From Deltaproteobacteria bacterium (GTDB lineage Bacteria > Myxococcota_A > Polyangia > Nannocystales > Nannocystaceae): 64,000 nucleotides of DNA. The stretch is from NCBI GenBank assembly GCA_016712475.1, contig JADJRA010000001.1, forward strand, positions 1,477,414 to 1,541,413, in the 5' to 3' direction. The notes below the pieces were generated by a model. The model ran no database searches, had not been told where the DNA came from, and saw only the letters and a list, made by a program, of their open reading frames with translations. Position numbers and translations under genes: made by a program. Below, one piece after another: positions 19,039 to 28,089 of the stretch (position 1 is the stretch's first letter; the number at the start of each line of letters is the position of its first letter).

Positions 19039-21012
19039 ATGCGCCGACTGGCTCTGTTGTTCCGCGGCACCTCGCTGTCCCCCGCCCTGCTCGCGTTGAT
19101 CTCCGCCTGTGCGGGCTCCGATGCCGGCGACAACCCGGCGAGCTTCGGGCCCGGCACCGCGAGCGACTCGTCGAGCGACGACTCGTCCGTCGACGGCGAT
19201 TCGAGCTCCGATGGCTCGGCATCGATGACCGGCGATCCGACCACGTCGACCACGATGACGACCACCACCGCCGACGACACCAGCAGCGGCGAGTGCATGG
19301 ATGGCGAGACCCGCGATTGCTACTCCGGCCCCGCGGGCACGCAGAACGTCGGCATCTGTGCCGCCGGCACCGAGTCGTGCGTCGGCGGCATGTGGTCGGG
19401 GCAATGCATGGGTGAAGAGACGCCCGGCATCGAGATGTGCAACGGCGTCGACGAGAACTGCAACGGCATGACCGACGAGGGTCTGAACGCCGGCGCCTGC
19501 AACACCGGCTTGGCCGGCCCCTGTGCCACCGGCGTCAGCATGTGCACCGAGGGCGCGATGATGTGCGTGCCCGATGTCGAGCCCGTGGCAGAGGTCTGCG
19601 GCGACGGCATCGACCAGAACTGCAACGGCACGCCCGACGACGGCTGCATGATGTCGTGCCCGTTCGTGTACGGACACGACGGCCGACGCTGGCACTACGA
19701 GGGCGCGGTCGGTGGCGCGAGCCTGATCGGTCGCCCCGAGCAGGTCGAGCGTGGCCGCGGCAAGCGCGTCGAGTTCGCGCCGCTCGCGGTGCCGCTCGCG
19801 AGCGCGGCGGTACAGCGCGACCACGACGGACGCGGTCGCGCGCGCGCGCTGCTGCTGGTCGGCGAGGACGAGATCGCCTACGTCGATCGGCTCGCGCTGG
19901 CAGTGGTCGAGCACGCTCGAGGCACCGAGGTCGTCGCGAGCTCGGCGCTGCAGTGGTCGGCCTCGCAGCGGGCCGAGCGAGCGCCGTTCATCGCGCTACC
20001 CACCGCCGGCATGCGCACCCCCGATCACGCGAGCTGGCGCGGTCGTGTGGACGTCACCGAGGCGATTGCACGCCGCGACGATCATGCGGTCGCCTTCGAC
20101 TGCGCACACGAGAACTTCTACGAACTCGACTTCGGCGAGGTCGAGCACACCGACGCCGCCATCCACCTCGTGGTCGACGGCTGGAAGCTCAAGCACGAGC
20201 GCGCGCTCGGGCCCGATGTGCGCCGCCGCCGGCCGTTCGTGCAGGTGCAGCGGGCCGACGGTGCGTGGCACACGGTGATGCAGGTGCCTTCGCCGCGTGG
20301 CGATCGCAAGACCGTCGCGATCGATCTGTCCGCGGTGCGCTTCGACGGACCGCGGTACCGCGTGCGCCTGTGGACGGGTACCCACGAGGGTGGGCTGGCG
20401 ATGTGGTACGTCGATCGCGTGCGCCTGTGCGTCGGAGCCCCGAGCCCGGTGCAGGTGGCCTCGCTGTCGCCCGCGAGCGCGCGCCTTCACTTCGCGGGCG
20501 CGCCCTCGGGCCTCGACGACGGCGACCGCGCGCAGCCGCGGTGGAACGTGCCCGACGGTCGCGGCGAGCTCACCGACGCGCAGTGCACCTACGGCGACTT
20601 CACGGCCTACGGCGAGGTCGCGCCGCTGCTGCACCGCGCCGACGACTGCGTGGTCGTGATGCGCAGGGGCGACGCCATCGAGCTGGAGTTCGAGGGCATC
20701 GCAGCGCCGGACGAGGGCCGGGTGCAGACGTTGTGGCTCGACAGCGAGCTGCTCTACAAGCCACGGGTCGTGCCGGGCACCACCGGCGACTCGTCGCTGA
20801 CGCGCAACGTCGGGCCACTGCCGCACCGTGGCATGGGGCACTACCGCGGCGACGCACCGCCGCGCCGCGATCTCGCCTATCTCGCCTATCAACGGCGCTG
20901 GAACACGCGGCGGTACGAGCCCGGCTCGACCCACTGGGGCGAGTCGCGCCACAGCCAAGGCGCACGGCGACGTGCGGTGGTCACCGCCCTGGCGGTGCCG
21001 CTCGCGGCCTGA
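19039..21012 (+). CDS. lipoprotein with MopE-like Cys-rich (putative metal-binding) repeats
   Basis: Signal MRRLALLFRGTSLSPALLALISAC with lipobox. Ser/Asp linker. Repeats CNGVDENCNGMTDEG and CGDGIDQNCNGTPDDGC typical of the myxobacterial putative metal-binding motif. Large C-terminal domain. Confidence 0.65.
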   Translation: MRRLALLFRGTSLSPALLALISACAGSDAGDNPASFGPGTASDSSSDDSSVDGDSSSDGSASMTGDPTTSTTMTTTTADDTSSGECMDGETRDCYSGPAGTQNVGICAAGTESCVGGMWSGQCMGEETPGIEMCNGVDENCNGMTDEGLNAGACNTGLAGPCATGVSMCTEGAMMCVPDVEPVAEVCGDGIDQNCNGTPDDGCMMSCPFVYGHDGRRWHYEGAVGGASLIGRPEQVERGRGKRVEFAPLAVPLASAAVQRDHDGRGRARALLLVGEDEIAYVDRLALAVVEHARGTEVVASSALQWSASQRAERAPFIALPTAGMRTPDHASWRGRVDVTEAIARRDDHAVAFDCAHENFYELDFGEVEHTDAAIHLVVDGWKLKHERALGPDVRRRRPFVQVQRADGAWHTVMQVPSPRGDRKTVAIDLSAVRFDGPRYRVRLWTGTHEGGLAMWYVDRVRLCVGAPSPVQVASLSPASARLHFAGAPSGLDDGDRAQPRWNVPDGRGELTDAQCTYGDFTAYGEVAPLLHRADDCVVVMRRGDAIELEFEGIAAPDEGRVQTLWLDSELLYKPRVVPGTTGDSSLTRNVGPLPHRGMGHYRGDAPPRRDLAYLAYQRRWNTRRYEPGSTHWGESRHSQGARRRAVVTALAVPLAA

Positions 21013-21036
21013 CACCGCACGCCCGCGCGCCACGGC

Positions 21037-21426
21037 CTAGCGATAGTCGGTGAGGTGCTTGCGAGCTCCCGCGCGGCCGTGCTCCCGCTCGTCGGCCTGC
21101 TGACACTCGATGCACAGGCGCGCCCACGGCATCAGCTCGAGTCGACGACGCCCGATGGGCTCCTCGCAGGTCTCGCAGGCGCCGAACGACTCCGGGTCAT
21201 CGTGCATGCGCTCGAGCGCGGCCTCGATCTCCCGCAGCTGCTCGGCGCGCGTGCGGTTGCGGTTCGACGCGATGACCTGGGCCATCTCCGCCAGGGGTTG
21301 CGCGTCCTCGTCGATCTTGCGCGCCGGATCGATCTCTTGCCCGAGCTCGAGGTCGCCGCCGGCTCGTAGCGAGTCGCGCATGCCGCGGAGCCGCGCTTCG
21401 ATGGTCTGACGCAGCGCGTCGTCCAT
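21037..21426 (-). CDS. DksA/TraR-family C4 zinc-finger protein
   Basis: ATG at 21426 inside ORF 21037..21684. MDDALRQTIEARLRGMRDSL. Zinc-finger CETCEEPIGRRRLELMPWARLCIEC. Confidence 0.75.
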   Translation of the reverse strand: MDDALRQTIEARLRGMRDSLRAGGDLELGQEIDPARKIDEDAQPLAEMAQVIASNRNRTRAEQLREIEAALERMHDDPESFGACETCEEPIGRRRLELMPWARLCIECQQADEREHGRAGARKHLTDYR

Positions 21427-21680
21427 GATCGGGCGCGTAGCATACCGTGTAGGTGCACCCCACGCACGGGCCCGGCGGCGTCGGTGGCCCGTCGACTTCG
21501 CGGGTCCAGGCGTTCGCTGCGAAAATCTGCCGCAGTCAGGGCGCCACGCAGCGCGCCGAACCGGTGGCCACGACGGGCCGACGCGGTTCGTCGATGAGGG
21601 TGGTGCGGCGAGCCGCTGGCCGGCGCGGCGGGATCCATGACGACGACCCCTCATCACGCCGGCACCTGCGCCGGCTCGCC

Positions 21681-21926
21681 TCACGCCGGCGCATTGCGGC
21701 GGACGCGGGCGGCGGCTTCGCCGATCTCTCCTGGTTCCGGAAAGCGATGCTGCTCGTGCTTGCTGAACACGCGTTCGTTCGCGACGAACACATCGAAGAT
21801 GCCGCGCGCGCCCTCGACGAGCTCGATCCGCAGATCGTCACCCAACGCTGCCTTCAACTCGGCGACCACACGGGTCGCCTGCGGCAGGTAGTTTCACTTC
21901 ACGCAGTAGATGATGCGGACGTCCAT
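21681..21926 (-). CDS. SelW-like selenoprotein (Rdx family) with in-frame UGA selenocysteine codon
   Basis: Minus-strand reading atg gac gtc cgc atc atc tac tgc gtg aag TGA aac tac ctg ccg cag gcg acc cgt gtg gtc gcc gag... gives MDVRIIYCVKUNYLPQATRVVAELKAALGDDLRIELVEGARGIFDVFVANERVFSKHEQHRFPEPGEI. The CxxU redox motif and the FDVFV...FSK...RFP C-terminus match SelW. TGA is at forward 21894-21896. The ORF track only lists the downstream 62-aa segment starting at the post-UGA GTG. Confidence 0.6.
21862..21880 (-). ncRNA. putative bacterial SECIS hairpin downstream of the SelW UGA
   Basis: GGCGACC-CGUGU-GGUCGCC, a 7-bp perfect stem with 5-nt loop, begins 14 nt after the UGA on the mRNA. This is the usual position for a bacterial SECIS. 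Confidence 0.45.
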
Positions 21927-22193
21927 GACGGCAATGTTAGCCCAGCCGCCGCCGCGACGATGAATCCCACCGATCGGGCCGCGCAGCCGACAATCTGAAG
22001 CAGACCTTTCGCGCCGTGACGGTTGCATCGCACGTCGATGTTACGCCCGTGCTGCGATCATCGTCGTGCGTTGGCTCGGGCGCGCGGCACGACTGCGCGA
22101 CGATGCGTGCCAAAGTGCCACGCCGCCGCCTTCAGTCCCAGCGCGCTTCCGCACTCGCGCATGCACGTGCGCTCGGGGCGAACGGGGTCACGT

Positions 22194-22220
22194 TGACCGG
22201 CCAGTTGCATCGCATAAGCT
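22194..22220 (+). promoter_or_regulatory. possible sigma-70-like promoter upstream of the FIST gene
   Basis: TTGACC at 22194-22199, TAAGCT at 22215-22220 with a 15-nt spacer, in a locally lower-GC 300-bp intergenic region. Spacing is suboptimal. Confidence 0.2.
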
Positions 22221-22239
22221 GTGAACACTTCGAGGTGCC

Positions 22240-23400
22240 ATGGACATCGTGAGCGTCGGACCTGTGAGTGGAGGACCTGATGCGCTGCGACGCGAGTTCG
22301 CAGCCGTGGGCTCGCGCGTGGACGGGCCCAAGCTCGCCATCGTGTACCTTCCCTTCGATGTGGATCACGCGGCGTACCTCGCGGCCGCGAGCGAGGGCAT
22401 CGGCGGGCCCGTCGTGGGCGCGACGACGGCCGGCGCCGCGTTCACCGAGCGTGGGTTCAGCACCACCGATCCGGTCGGCGCAGTGCTGTCCGGCCGCGGC
22501 TTCTCGTACTCGATCAGCGTCGCCTCCGATCTCTCGCGTGATCCCGCGACCGCCGTCCGCACCGCCGCGCGACGGCTGGTCGACGCCGCCCATCGCACCA
22601 GCGCGCGCAGCCAGGTGCTGCTGACCTTGGCCGACGGGTTCGCCTGCGATGGCGAGGTGCTCTACGGCGCGTTGCAGCAGAGCGTCCCGCCGCACTGGCG
22701 AATGCTCGGCACCAACGCCGGCGGCGGGCAGCACCTGCGACAGGCCTGCGTCTTCGCCGGCCGCGAGATCCTCCGCGACGCCGCGATCCTCATCGGCCTG
22801 TTCTCCGACGCGGCGCCTTCGCTGGTCGCCCACCACGGCTGGCGCGGCGTCGACGGCAGCGCCGAGATGACGGTCACCGAGGTCGAGGGCAACATCCTGC
22901 GTCGGCTCGACGATCGCCCGGCGCTGGAGGCCTACCGCGCCGAGCTCATCCGGCTCGGCTGCATGCGCGACGGCGACGACTTCATGAGTGTCACGGCGAC
23001 CCACGAGCTCGGCATGCGCACGATGTTCGGCGACCAGCTCAAAATCCGGGCGGCGATGGCCGTGGGTGAAGACGGCGCGATCAAGCTCGCGAGTGCGATC
23101 CCCGTCGGCGCGAAGGTGTGCATCGCAACCGCCAGCGCCGACGAGCTCATCGAGGCCGCGCGCACGTTGTCGAGTCGCGCGCTCGAGCCCTTCGAGCGCC
23201 AGGCGCTACACGGCGCGCTGGTGTTCGACTGCGGCGCGCGGCTGCAACGCCTCGGTGCGCGCTACGGCGAGGAGGTCACCGCGTTCTCGGGTGGTCGCCA
23301 CTTCCCGCTCGTCGGCGTCGCCGGCTACGGCGAGATCGCCAAGTTCGCGGGCAGCATCGACGGCTTCCACAACGCGACCGCCGTGATGGCGGTGTGGTGA
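22240..23400 (+). CDS. FIST-domain sensory protein
   Basis: FIST_N/FIST_C-like organisation (LAIVYLPFDVDHAAYLAAASEG..., GGRHFPLVGVAGYGEIAKF). Confidence 0.6.
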   Translation: MDIVSVGPVSGGPDALRREFAAVGSRVDGPKLAIVYLPFDVDHAAYLAAASEGIGGPVVGATTAGAAFTERGFSTTDPVGAVLSGRGFSYSISVASDLSRDPATAVRTAARRLVDAAHRTSARSQVLLTLADGFACDGEVLYGALQQSVPPHWRMLGTNAGGGQHLRQACVFAGREILRDAAILIGLFSDAAPSLVAHHGWRGVDGSAEMTVTEVEGNILRRLDDRPALEAYRAELIRLGCMRDGDDFMSVTATHELGMRTMFGDQLKIRAAMAVGEDGAIKLASAIPVGAKVCIATASADELIEAARTLSSRALEPFERQALHGALVFDCGARLQRLGARYGEEVTAFSGGRHFPLVGVAGYGEIAKFAGSIDGFHNATAVMAVW

Positions 23401-23461
23401 GCGGGGCCGCGGGCGCCGACACGACCGACCACCGCTGCCGATCTGCTCGGGCTCCAGCGCG

Positions 23462-24364
23462 TCATGCCGGCGGGCGGGCGGCGAACAGCCGCGAGAGGCT
23501 GAGGTCGAGCTCGGAGTCGAGCAGCTCGACGATGCTGTCGATGCGATGCCGTTCGGCTCCGATCGCGACGCCGAGATCTCGACGCATCGACGCCAACAGC
23601 GCCTCGCGCACGCGGGCGACGCGTCGGGCGACCGTGGCGCGATGGGTGCCGTAGAGTCGGCCGAGCTCGTCCAGCGTGAGACCATCGAGGAACTTGAAGC
23701 GCAGCAGCGCGCGGTCGTCATCGTCGAGCGCGGCGACGGCATCGTCGAAGGCCTGCTTGAACTGCGCGTGGTAGCGCTGCCGCAGCCACGACAGCTCGGG
23801 CTCCGAGGTCGCCCCCGACCGCGACGGTAGCGACGCCACGGCGCGGTCCAACGGCGCGCGACCGCGACGACTGGAGATCGCGACACGCACAGCCGTCGTC
23901 CGCACCCAGTTTGCGAGCGCGCCGCGGCCCGAGTACGCCGCGATCCTCGGGCTCGGCCCGACGAACAGCCGCGCGCGCACCAGCTGGGCGCTGTCGTCGA
24001 CCGCCGCGGGCGCGACACCGGCGCGGGTGAGTGCGAGCGCGATGTCCTTGCCGTGCTCGAGCTCGAACGCCCGCAACGCCGCCGCATCACCACGCGCACA
24101 CGCAAGCGCGAGCGTCAGCTCGGCGGCGTGCATGCCCGCGAGCTCGGCGGGCTCTCGCGCGTGCGTCGCGAGCGCCTGCAACAACGCCGGCGCGTCGAAC
24201 AGCTCCGGCCAGCGCGCGCGTGCTGCCTCGCACAATGCACGCAGCCGCTCGCCGAGCGCAGGGTCCCCGGTCCAGCGTTCGCGCTGTTCGACCGCGATCC
24301 CACCCACGAAGCTCTCGATCAGCGGATCCAAGGCTTGCCCGGCTCTCTGGCCGCAGTGTCGCAC
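23462..24364 (-). CDS. sigma-70-family (ECF-like) RNA polymerase sigma factor
   Basis: C-terminal region-4 helix-turn-helix (LLRFKFLDGLTLDELGRLYGTHRATVARRVARVREAL). Probable GTG start at 24364 (cac 24362-24364). The ORF N-terminal extension to 24616 is Ser/Arg-rich junk. Confidence 0.55.
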   Translation of the reverse strand: MRHCGQRAGQALDPLIESFVGGIAVEQRERWTGDPALGERLRALCEAARARWPELFDAPALLQALATHAREPAELAGMHAAELTLALACARGDAAALRAFELEHGKDIALALTRAGVAPAAVDDSAQLVRARLFVGPSPRIAAYSGRGALANWVRTTAVRVAISSRRGRAPLDRAVASLPSRSGATSEPELSWLRQRYHAQFKQAFDDAVAALDDDDRALLRFKFLDGLTLDELGRLYGTHRATVARRVARVREALLASMRRDLGVAIGAERHRIDSIVELLDSELDLSLSRLFAARPPA

Positions 24365-24428
24365 TCCCGCCGCGCAACGTGTAGACGCTGCCGCCGCCAC
24401 GGGCCAAGCTCCCTGGCGGAGCGAGGGG

Positions 24429-26906
24429 TTGTCGCAAGCGACGTGCATCGACGACGAAGGCGCGCTGGCACTGCTGGAGCAGCGCGTCGACGACACCACG
24501 CGCCGTGCGTGCCTGGCCCACGCCGCAACGTGCCCCGAGTGCCGCGAGCTGCTGGCCGAGCTCGCACGAGTGATCGCGACCGCGGGCCCCGACTTGCCGG
24601 CGGCGGAGGACCGCATCGGCCCCTACGCCCTGCGCCACCGGCTCGGGCGCGGTGGCATGGGCGAGGTCTGGCTCGCGCGCGACGATCGGCTCGCCCGCGA
24701 CGTCGCGATCAAGCTGCTGCGACACGTCGATGGCGGCAACGAGCGCGTCATCCGCGAGGCGCGGATCCTCGCGCGCATGGTCCACCCCAACATCGTGGCC
24801 ATCCACAACGTCGGCAGCTCGCCGCTCGGGGTGTGGATCGCGATGGAGCTGGTCGATGGCGAGACGCTCGCGACGTGGGTGCGCGGCCGTGGGGCGCACG
24901 AGATCCTCGCCGCGTATCGACAGGCTGGGCTCGGGCTCGCGCACGCCCACCGCAGCGGCGTGGTGCACCGCGACTTCAAGCCGCACAATGTGATGATCGG
25001 CCGCGACGGTCGCGTGCGCGTGCTCGACTTCGGGTTGGCCGCCATGGTCGGCGCGCCGGCCTCGGCCGCGAGTGCCTCGGGCCCCGGCGAGACCACGCTG
25101 AGCGCCCGCGGCGGGACGCTGGGATACATGTCGCCAGAGCAGCTGCTCGAGCAGCCGAGCACACCCAAGAGCGATCAGTTCGCGTTCTGCGTGGCGTTGT
25201 GGGAGGCGCTCACGGGCTCACGACCCTTCGTCGGCGACTCGCCGGCCGCGATCGCGATGGCCACCCTCGAGGGCCGGCCGCAGCGGCGGGGTCGGCTGGA
25301 TCTGGCCATCGAACGCGCGCTTCGACGCGGCCTCGCGCGCGAGCCGAGCGAGCGCCACGCCGACATCGACGCGTTGCTGGTCGCGCTCGCGCCCCCGCGT
25401 CGTCGATGGCGGCGCGGCGCGATCGCGACCATGGGCGTCGCGTGTTGTGCATGGTGGGCGTGGCCCAGCGCGCCCGCGTGTGAGCGCACCGCGATGGCCT
25501 TCGACGCGCGCACGCGGGCCCTCGCAGCCCGCGCCCCCGATCACCCGCTGCTGGCCCACGCCCGCGCGTGGGCCGACACCGCGCGGGCGAGCTGCGCGGC
25601 ACCACCGGCGCTCGCGCAGTGCGTCGAGGAGCGTCGCGCCGAGATCGAGGTTGCGCTGGCACGGGCCGAGGACGGCGAGCCCGCACCGGTCGTCCTGGCC
25701 GCGGTGCTGCCGATGCAGCGCTGCGACGAGCCCTCGAGCGTCGCACCGTCGGCGAGCCTCGATCCCGCCCTGACGGAGGAGATCGCAGCGTGCAGCCGAC
25801 GCGTGGCGACGTTGCGGGCGACCATCGCGAGCGACCCCCATGGCGACCACGAGATCGCCGCGCTGGCGCTGGTCGAGCGCGCCGATGCGCTGGCGTGGCC
25901 ACCGCTACAGGCGCGCGCACGCGCCTTGCTCGGACAGCACGCGTCGAAGCGCGAGGACTGGCATCGAGCCGCGGAGGCCTTCGAAGCCGCGTACCACCTC
26001 GCGCGCGAGGCCGACGACACCGACACCGAGTTCGACGCGGCCTTCGGCATGATGCCGGTCTACCAGCACCTCGCCGAGCCCGAGCTCGGGCTGGTGTGGG
26101 CGCGTCACGCCGAGGCTGCGCTCGCACGGTTGTCCGACCCGCTTCGACGCACCCGCTGGCTCAAGCTGCGCGGCGAGCTGCGTCAGACCGTAGGGCGGCT
26201 GGACGAGGCCGAGCTCGACCTGCGTGAAGCGGTCGCGACCATGCCCGCCGACGCCCCCGACGAGGACCGCGGCACCGCGACGGCGCTGCTGGCCAACCTG
26301 TTCGCCGCACAGTGGCGCTGCGAAGAGGCGGTGCCGCTCTACGACGCCGCGCTCGCCCAGGAGCTGCCCGCCTATGCGCGCACGCTGGTGATGAACGGGC
26401 TGGCGGTGTGTGCCGTCCAGCGTAAGGACTTCGAGACCGCCGAGCAGATGTTCGCCGGCATCATCGACGAGGCCGAACGCGGGGGGCTCGGTGCCCACGT
26501 GCAGCTGACCGCGAAGTCGAACCTCGCGATCGCCTACGGCGAGCAGAAGCAATACGGCCGCGCGCTGGCGCTGCTGCACGACATCTGGCAGATGCCGCTG
26601 CTCACCTCCCTCGATCGCAACGAGGTCGAGGTCAATCTCGCGCTGTACTACCTGCGCAGTGGCGACCATGGGCGTGCGGCATCCTGGGCCCTGCGGGTGC
26701 TCGAAGACCCCGCCGCATCGCCGCGCATGTCGGGGAAGGCGGCCTGGACGGCGAAGGAAGCCCTCGTCGCGATGCATCAACGCGGGCGTGCGTACGCGGT
26801 GTGGCAGCGCAGGGTCGCGCTCGACCTGGCGCAGGGCGACCTCGAGGATCTGCCCGACGACCTACTCGCGTGGCTCGAGCTCGCCGACGCTGCGAGTGCG
26901 TCGTAG
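24429..26906 (+). CDS. Ser/Thr protein kinase fused to TPR repeats (N-terminal zinc-finger/anti-sigma-like segment)
   Basis: CLAHAATCPECRELLAEL precedes kinase motifs GRGGMGEVW, HRDFKPHN, DFGLA, SPEQ, then a TM segment and TPRs. Start uncertain (in-frame TTG at 24429; no ATG upstream of the kinase domain). Confidence 0.75.
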   Translation: MSQATCIDDEGALALLEQRVDDTTRRACLAHAATCPECRELLAELARVIATAGPDLPAAEDRIGPYALRHRLGRGGMGEVWLARDDRLARDVAIKLLRHVDGGNERVIREARILARMVHPNIVAIHNVGSSPLGVWIAMELVDGETLATWVRGRGAHEILAAYRQAGLGLAHAHRSGVVHRDFKPHNVMIGRDGRVRVLDFGLAAMVGAPASAASASGPGETTLSARGGTLGYMSPEQLLEQPSTPKSDQFAFCVALWEALTGSRPFVGDSPAAIAMATLEGRPQRRGRLDLAIERALRRGLAREPSERHADIDALLVALAPPRRRWRRGAIATMGVACCAWWAWPSAPACERTAMAFDARTRALAARAPDHPLLAHARAWADTARASCAAPPALAQCVEERRAEIEVALARAEDGEPAPVVLAAVLPMQRCDEPSSVAPSASLDPALTEEIAACSRRVATLRATIASDPHGDHEIAALALVERADALAWPPLQARARALLGQHASKREDWHRAAEAFEAAYHLAREADDTDTEFDAAFGMMPVYQHLAEPELGLVWARHAEAALARLSDPLRRTRWLKLRGELRQTVGRLDEAELDLREAVATMPADAPDEDRGTATALLANLFAAQWRCEEAVPLYDAALAQELPAYARTLVMNGLAVCAVQRKDFETAEQMFAGIIDEAERGGLGAHVQLTAKSNLAIAYGEQKQYGRALALLHDIWQMPLLTSLDRNEVEVNLALYYLRSGDHGRAASWALRVLEDPAASPRMSGKAAWTAKEALVAMHQRGRAYAVWQRRVALDLAQGDLEDLPDDLLAWLELADAASAS

Positions 26907-26913
26907 AAAAGGC

Positions 26914-26955
26914 GAAGCCCCCGAGACCTTCGATCTCGGGGGCTTCTCTTTCCCT
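26914..26955. terminator. rho-independent terminator, probably bidirectional
   Basis: GAAGCCCCCGAGA (26914-26926), loop, TCTCGGGGGCTTC (26934-26946). This is a perfect 13-bp stem followed by TCTCTTTCCCTT. It lies between the kinase gene end and the 3' end of tRNA-Asp. Confidence 0.7.
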
Positions 26956-26957
26956 TG

Positions 26958-27031
<74 letters not shown>

Positions 27032-27120
27032 ATGCGTGGGGTCGGGAGAATCCGCGAATCAGGCCGACGCTGTCAAGGGGGATTTTGAGCGCGTGCTCGC
27101 GGGCGGTGACTTCGGCCCGA

Positions 27121-28089
27121 TCACGCCCGCTGCGCGATGGCGACCAGGTTGGCGCCCCAGCGCGCGTCGGGCCCGGCGACCCGGTCGAGCATCGGGTCCA
27201 GCGCGTCCAAGCCCCGCAGCACGCTGGCGCGCAGGCCCCCTGGCGCCCGCTGCTCGCGATCGCAGCGGGCCGCAGTGGCACCGACCGAGGCGGTGCGGCG
27301 GCGAGGGGCGAGCGCCCTCACCGCGTCCACCGCGGTCAGCAGCGACGCCATGACCGTCGTGGCCCCCTGGGGCTGACTCCACAGCGTCCGCACGCGCAGG
27401 CCGCCCTGCTCGAGCACCGCGCGCAGGCTGTCGCGATCGAAGAAGCACACGTGATCGCCGAGCTCGAGTGGGCGGTAGCGCTTGCCCCACAGGCCCCGCG
27501 CGGCGTCGTCCCAGTTGGGCACCTCGATCACCGCCAGGCCGTCGGCCGTCAAGTGCCGCGCGATGAAGCGCGCGACCGTGACGGGTCGCTTCATGTGCTC
27601 GAGCACGTGGGTGATGGTCACGAGATCGAAGCCGTCGGCGCGGGCGTGCACGCGTGCGTCGTCGTCCTCGAGATCGAGATCGTGGATGACGTGCTTGGCG
27701 GCCGCGAACTCGCGCGCGCCCGGGGCCCGCTCGACCCCCTCGGTGCGCCACCCGAGCGCCTGCAGCTCGTCGAGCAGCAGCCCGGTGTTGCAGCCCAGAT
27801 CGAGTGCACGCGCGCCGGCGGGCGGCTCCGCGATCACGCCCTCGGTGAGCCGGTCGTACAGCGCAATCGAGCGCTGCTTCCGGCGACGATCGACGCCGTC
27901 GTGGGTCGCCGCGCGCAGGCCGTAGCCGGCGTCGAGCAACATCGGCGGATGGTGTCCGAGCGAGTGCACCAGCCCGCAGCGATCACATCGCGCGAGGTCG
28001 AAGCACCCGCTGCCGTCGCCCAGCACCGGCGTCCGCGCGGCGCTGCCACAGGCCGGACACTCGTGGACCAACACCGCCTGCGCCGTCAT
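27121..28089 (-). CDS. class I SAM-dependent methyltransferase
   Basis: ATG at 28089 inside ORF 27121..28665. N-terminal Cys4 cluster (CPACG...CDRCG). SAM-binding motif LDLGCNTG. Confidence 0.7.
   Translation of the reverse strand: MTAQAVLVHECPACGSAARTPVLGDGSGCFDLARCDRCGLVHSLGHHPPMLLDAGYGLRAATHDGVDRRRKQRSIALYDRLTEGVIAEPPAGARALDLGCNTGLLLDELQALGWRTEGVERAPGAREFAAAKHVIHDLDLEDDDARVHARADGFDLVTITHVLEHMKRPVTVARFIARHLTADGLAVIEVPNWDDAARGLWGKRYRPLELGDHVCFFDRDSLRAVLEQGGLRVRTLWSQPQGATTVMASLLTAVDAVRALAPRRRTASVGATAARCDREQRAPGGLRASVLRGLDALDPMLDRVAGPDARWGANLVAIAQRA

Noticed and set aside
16055-19914. Minus-strand ORFs 16055..17449 and 18628..19914
   Set aside because: Antisense to the AsnB-like, cupin and MopE-lipoprotein genes. 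Low-complexity R/A/G/V composition.
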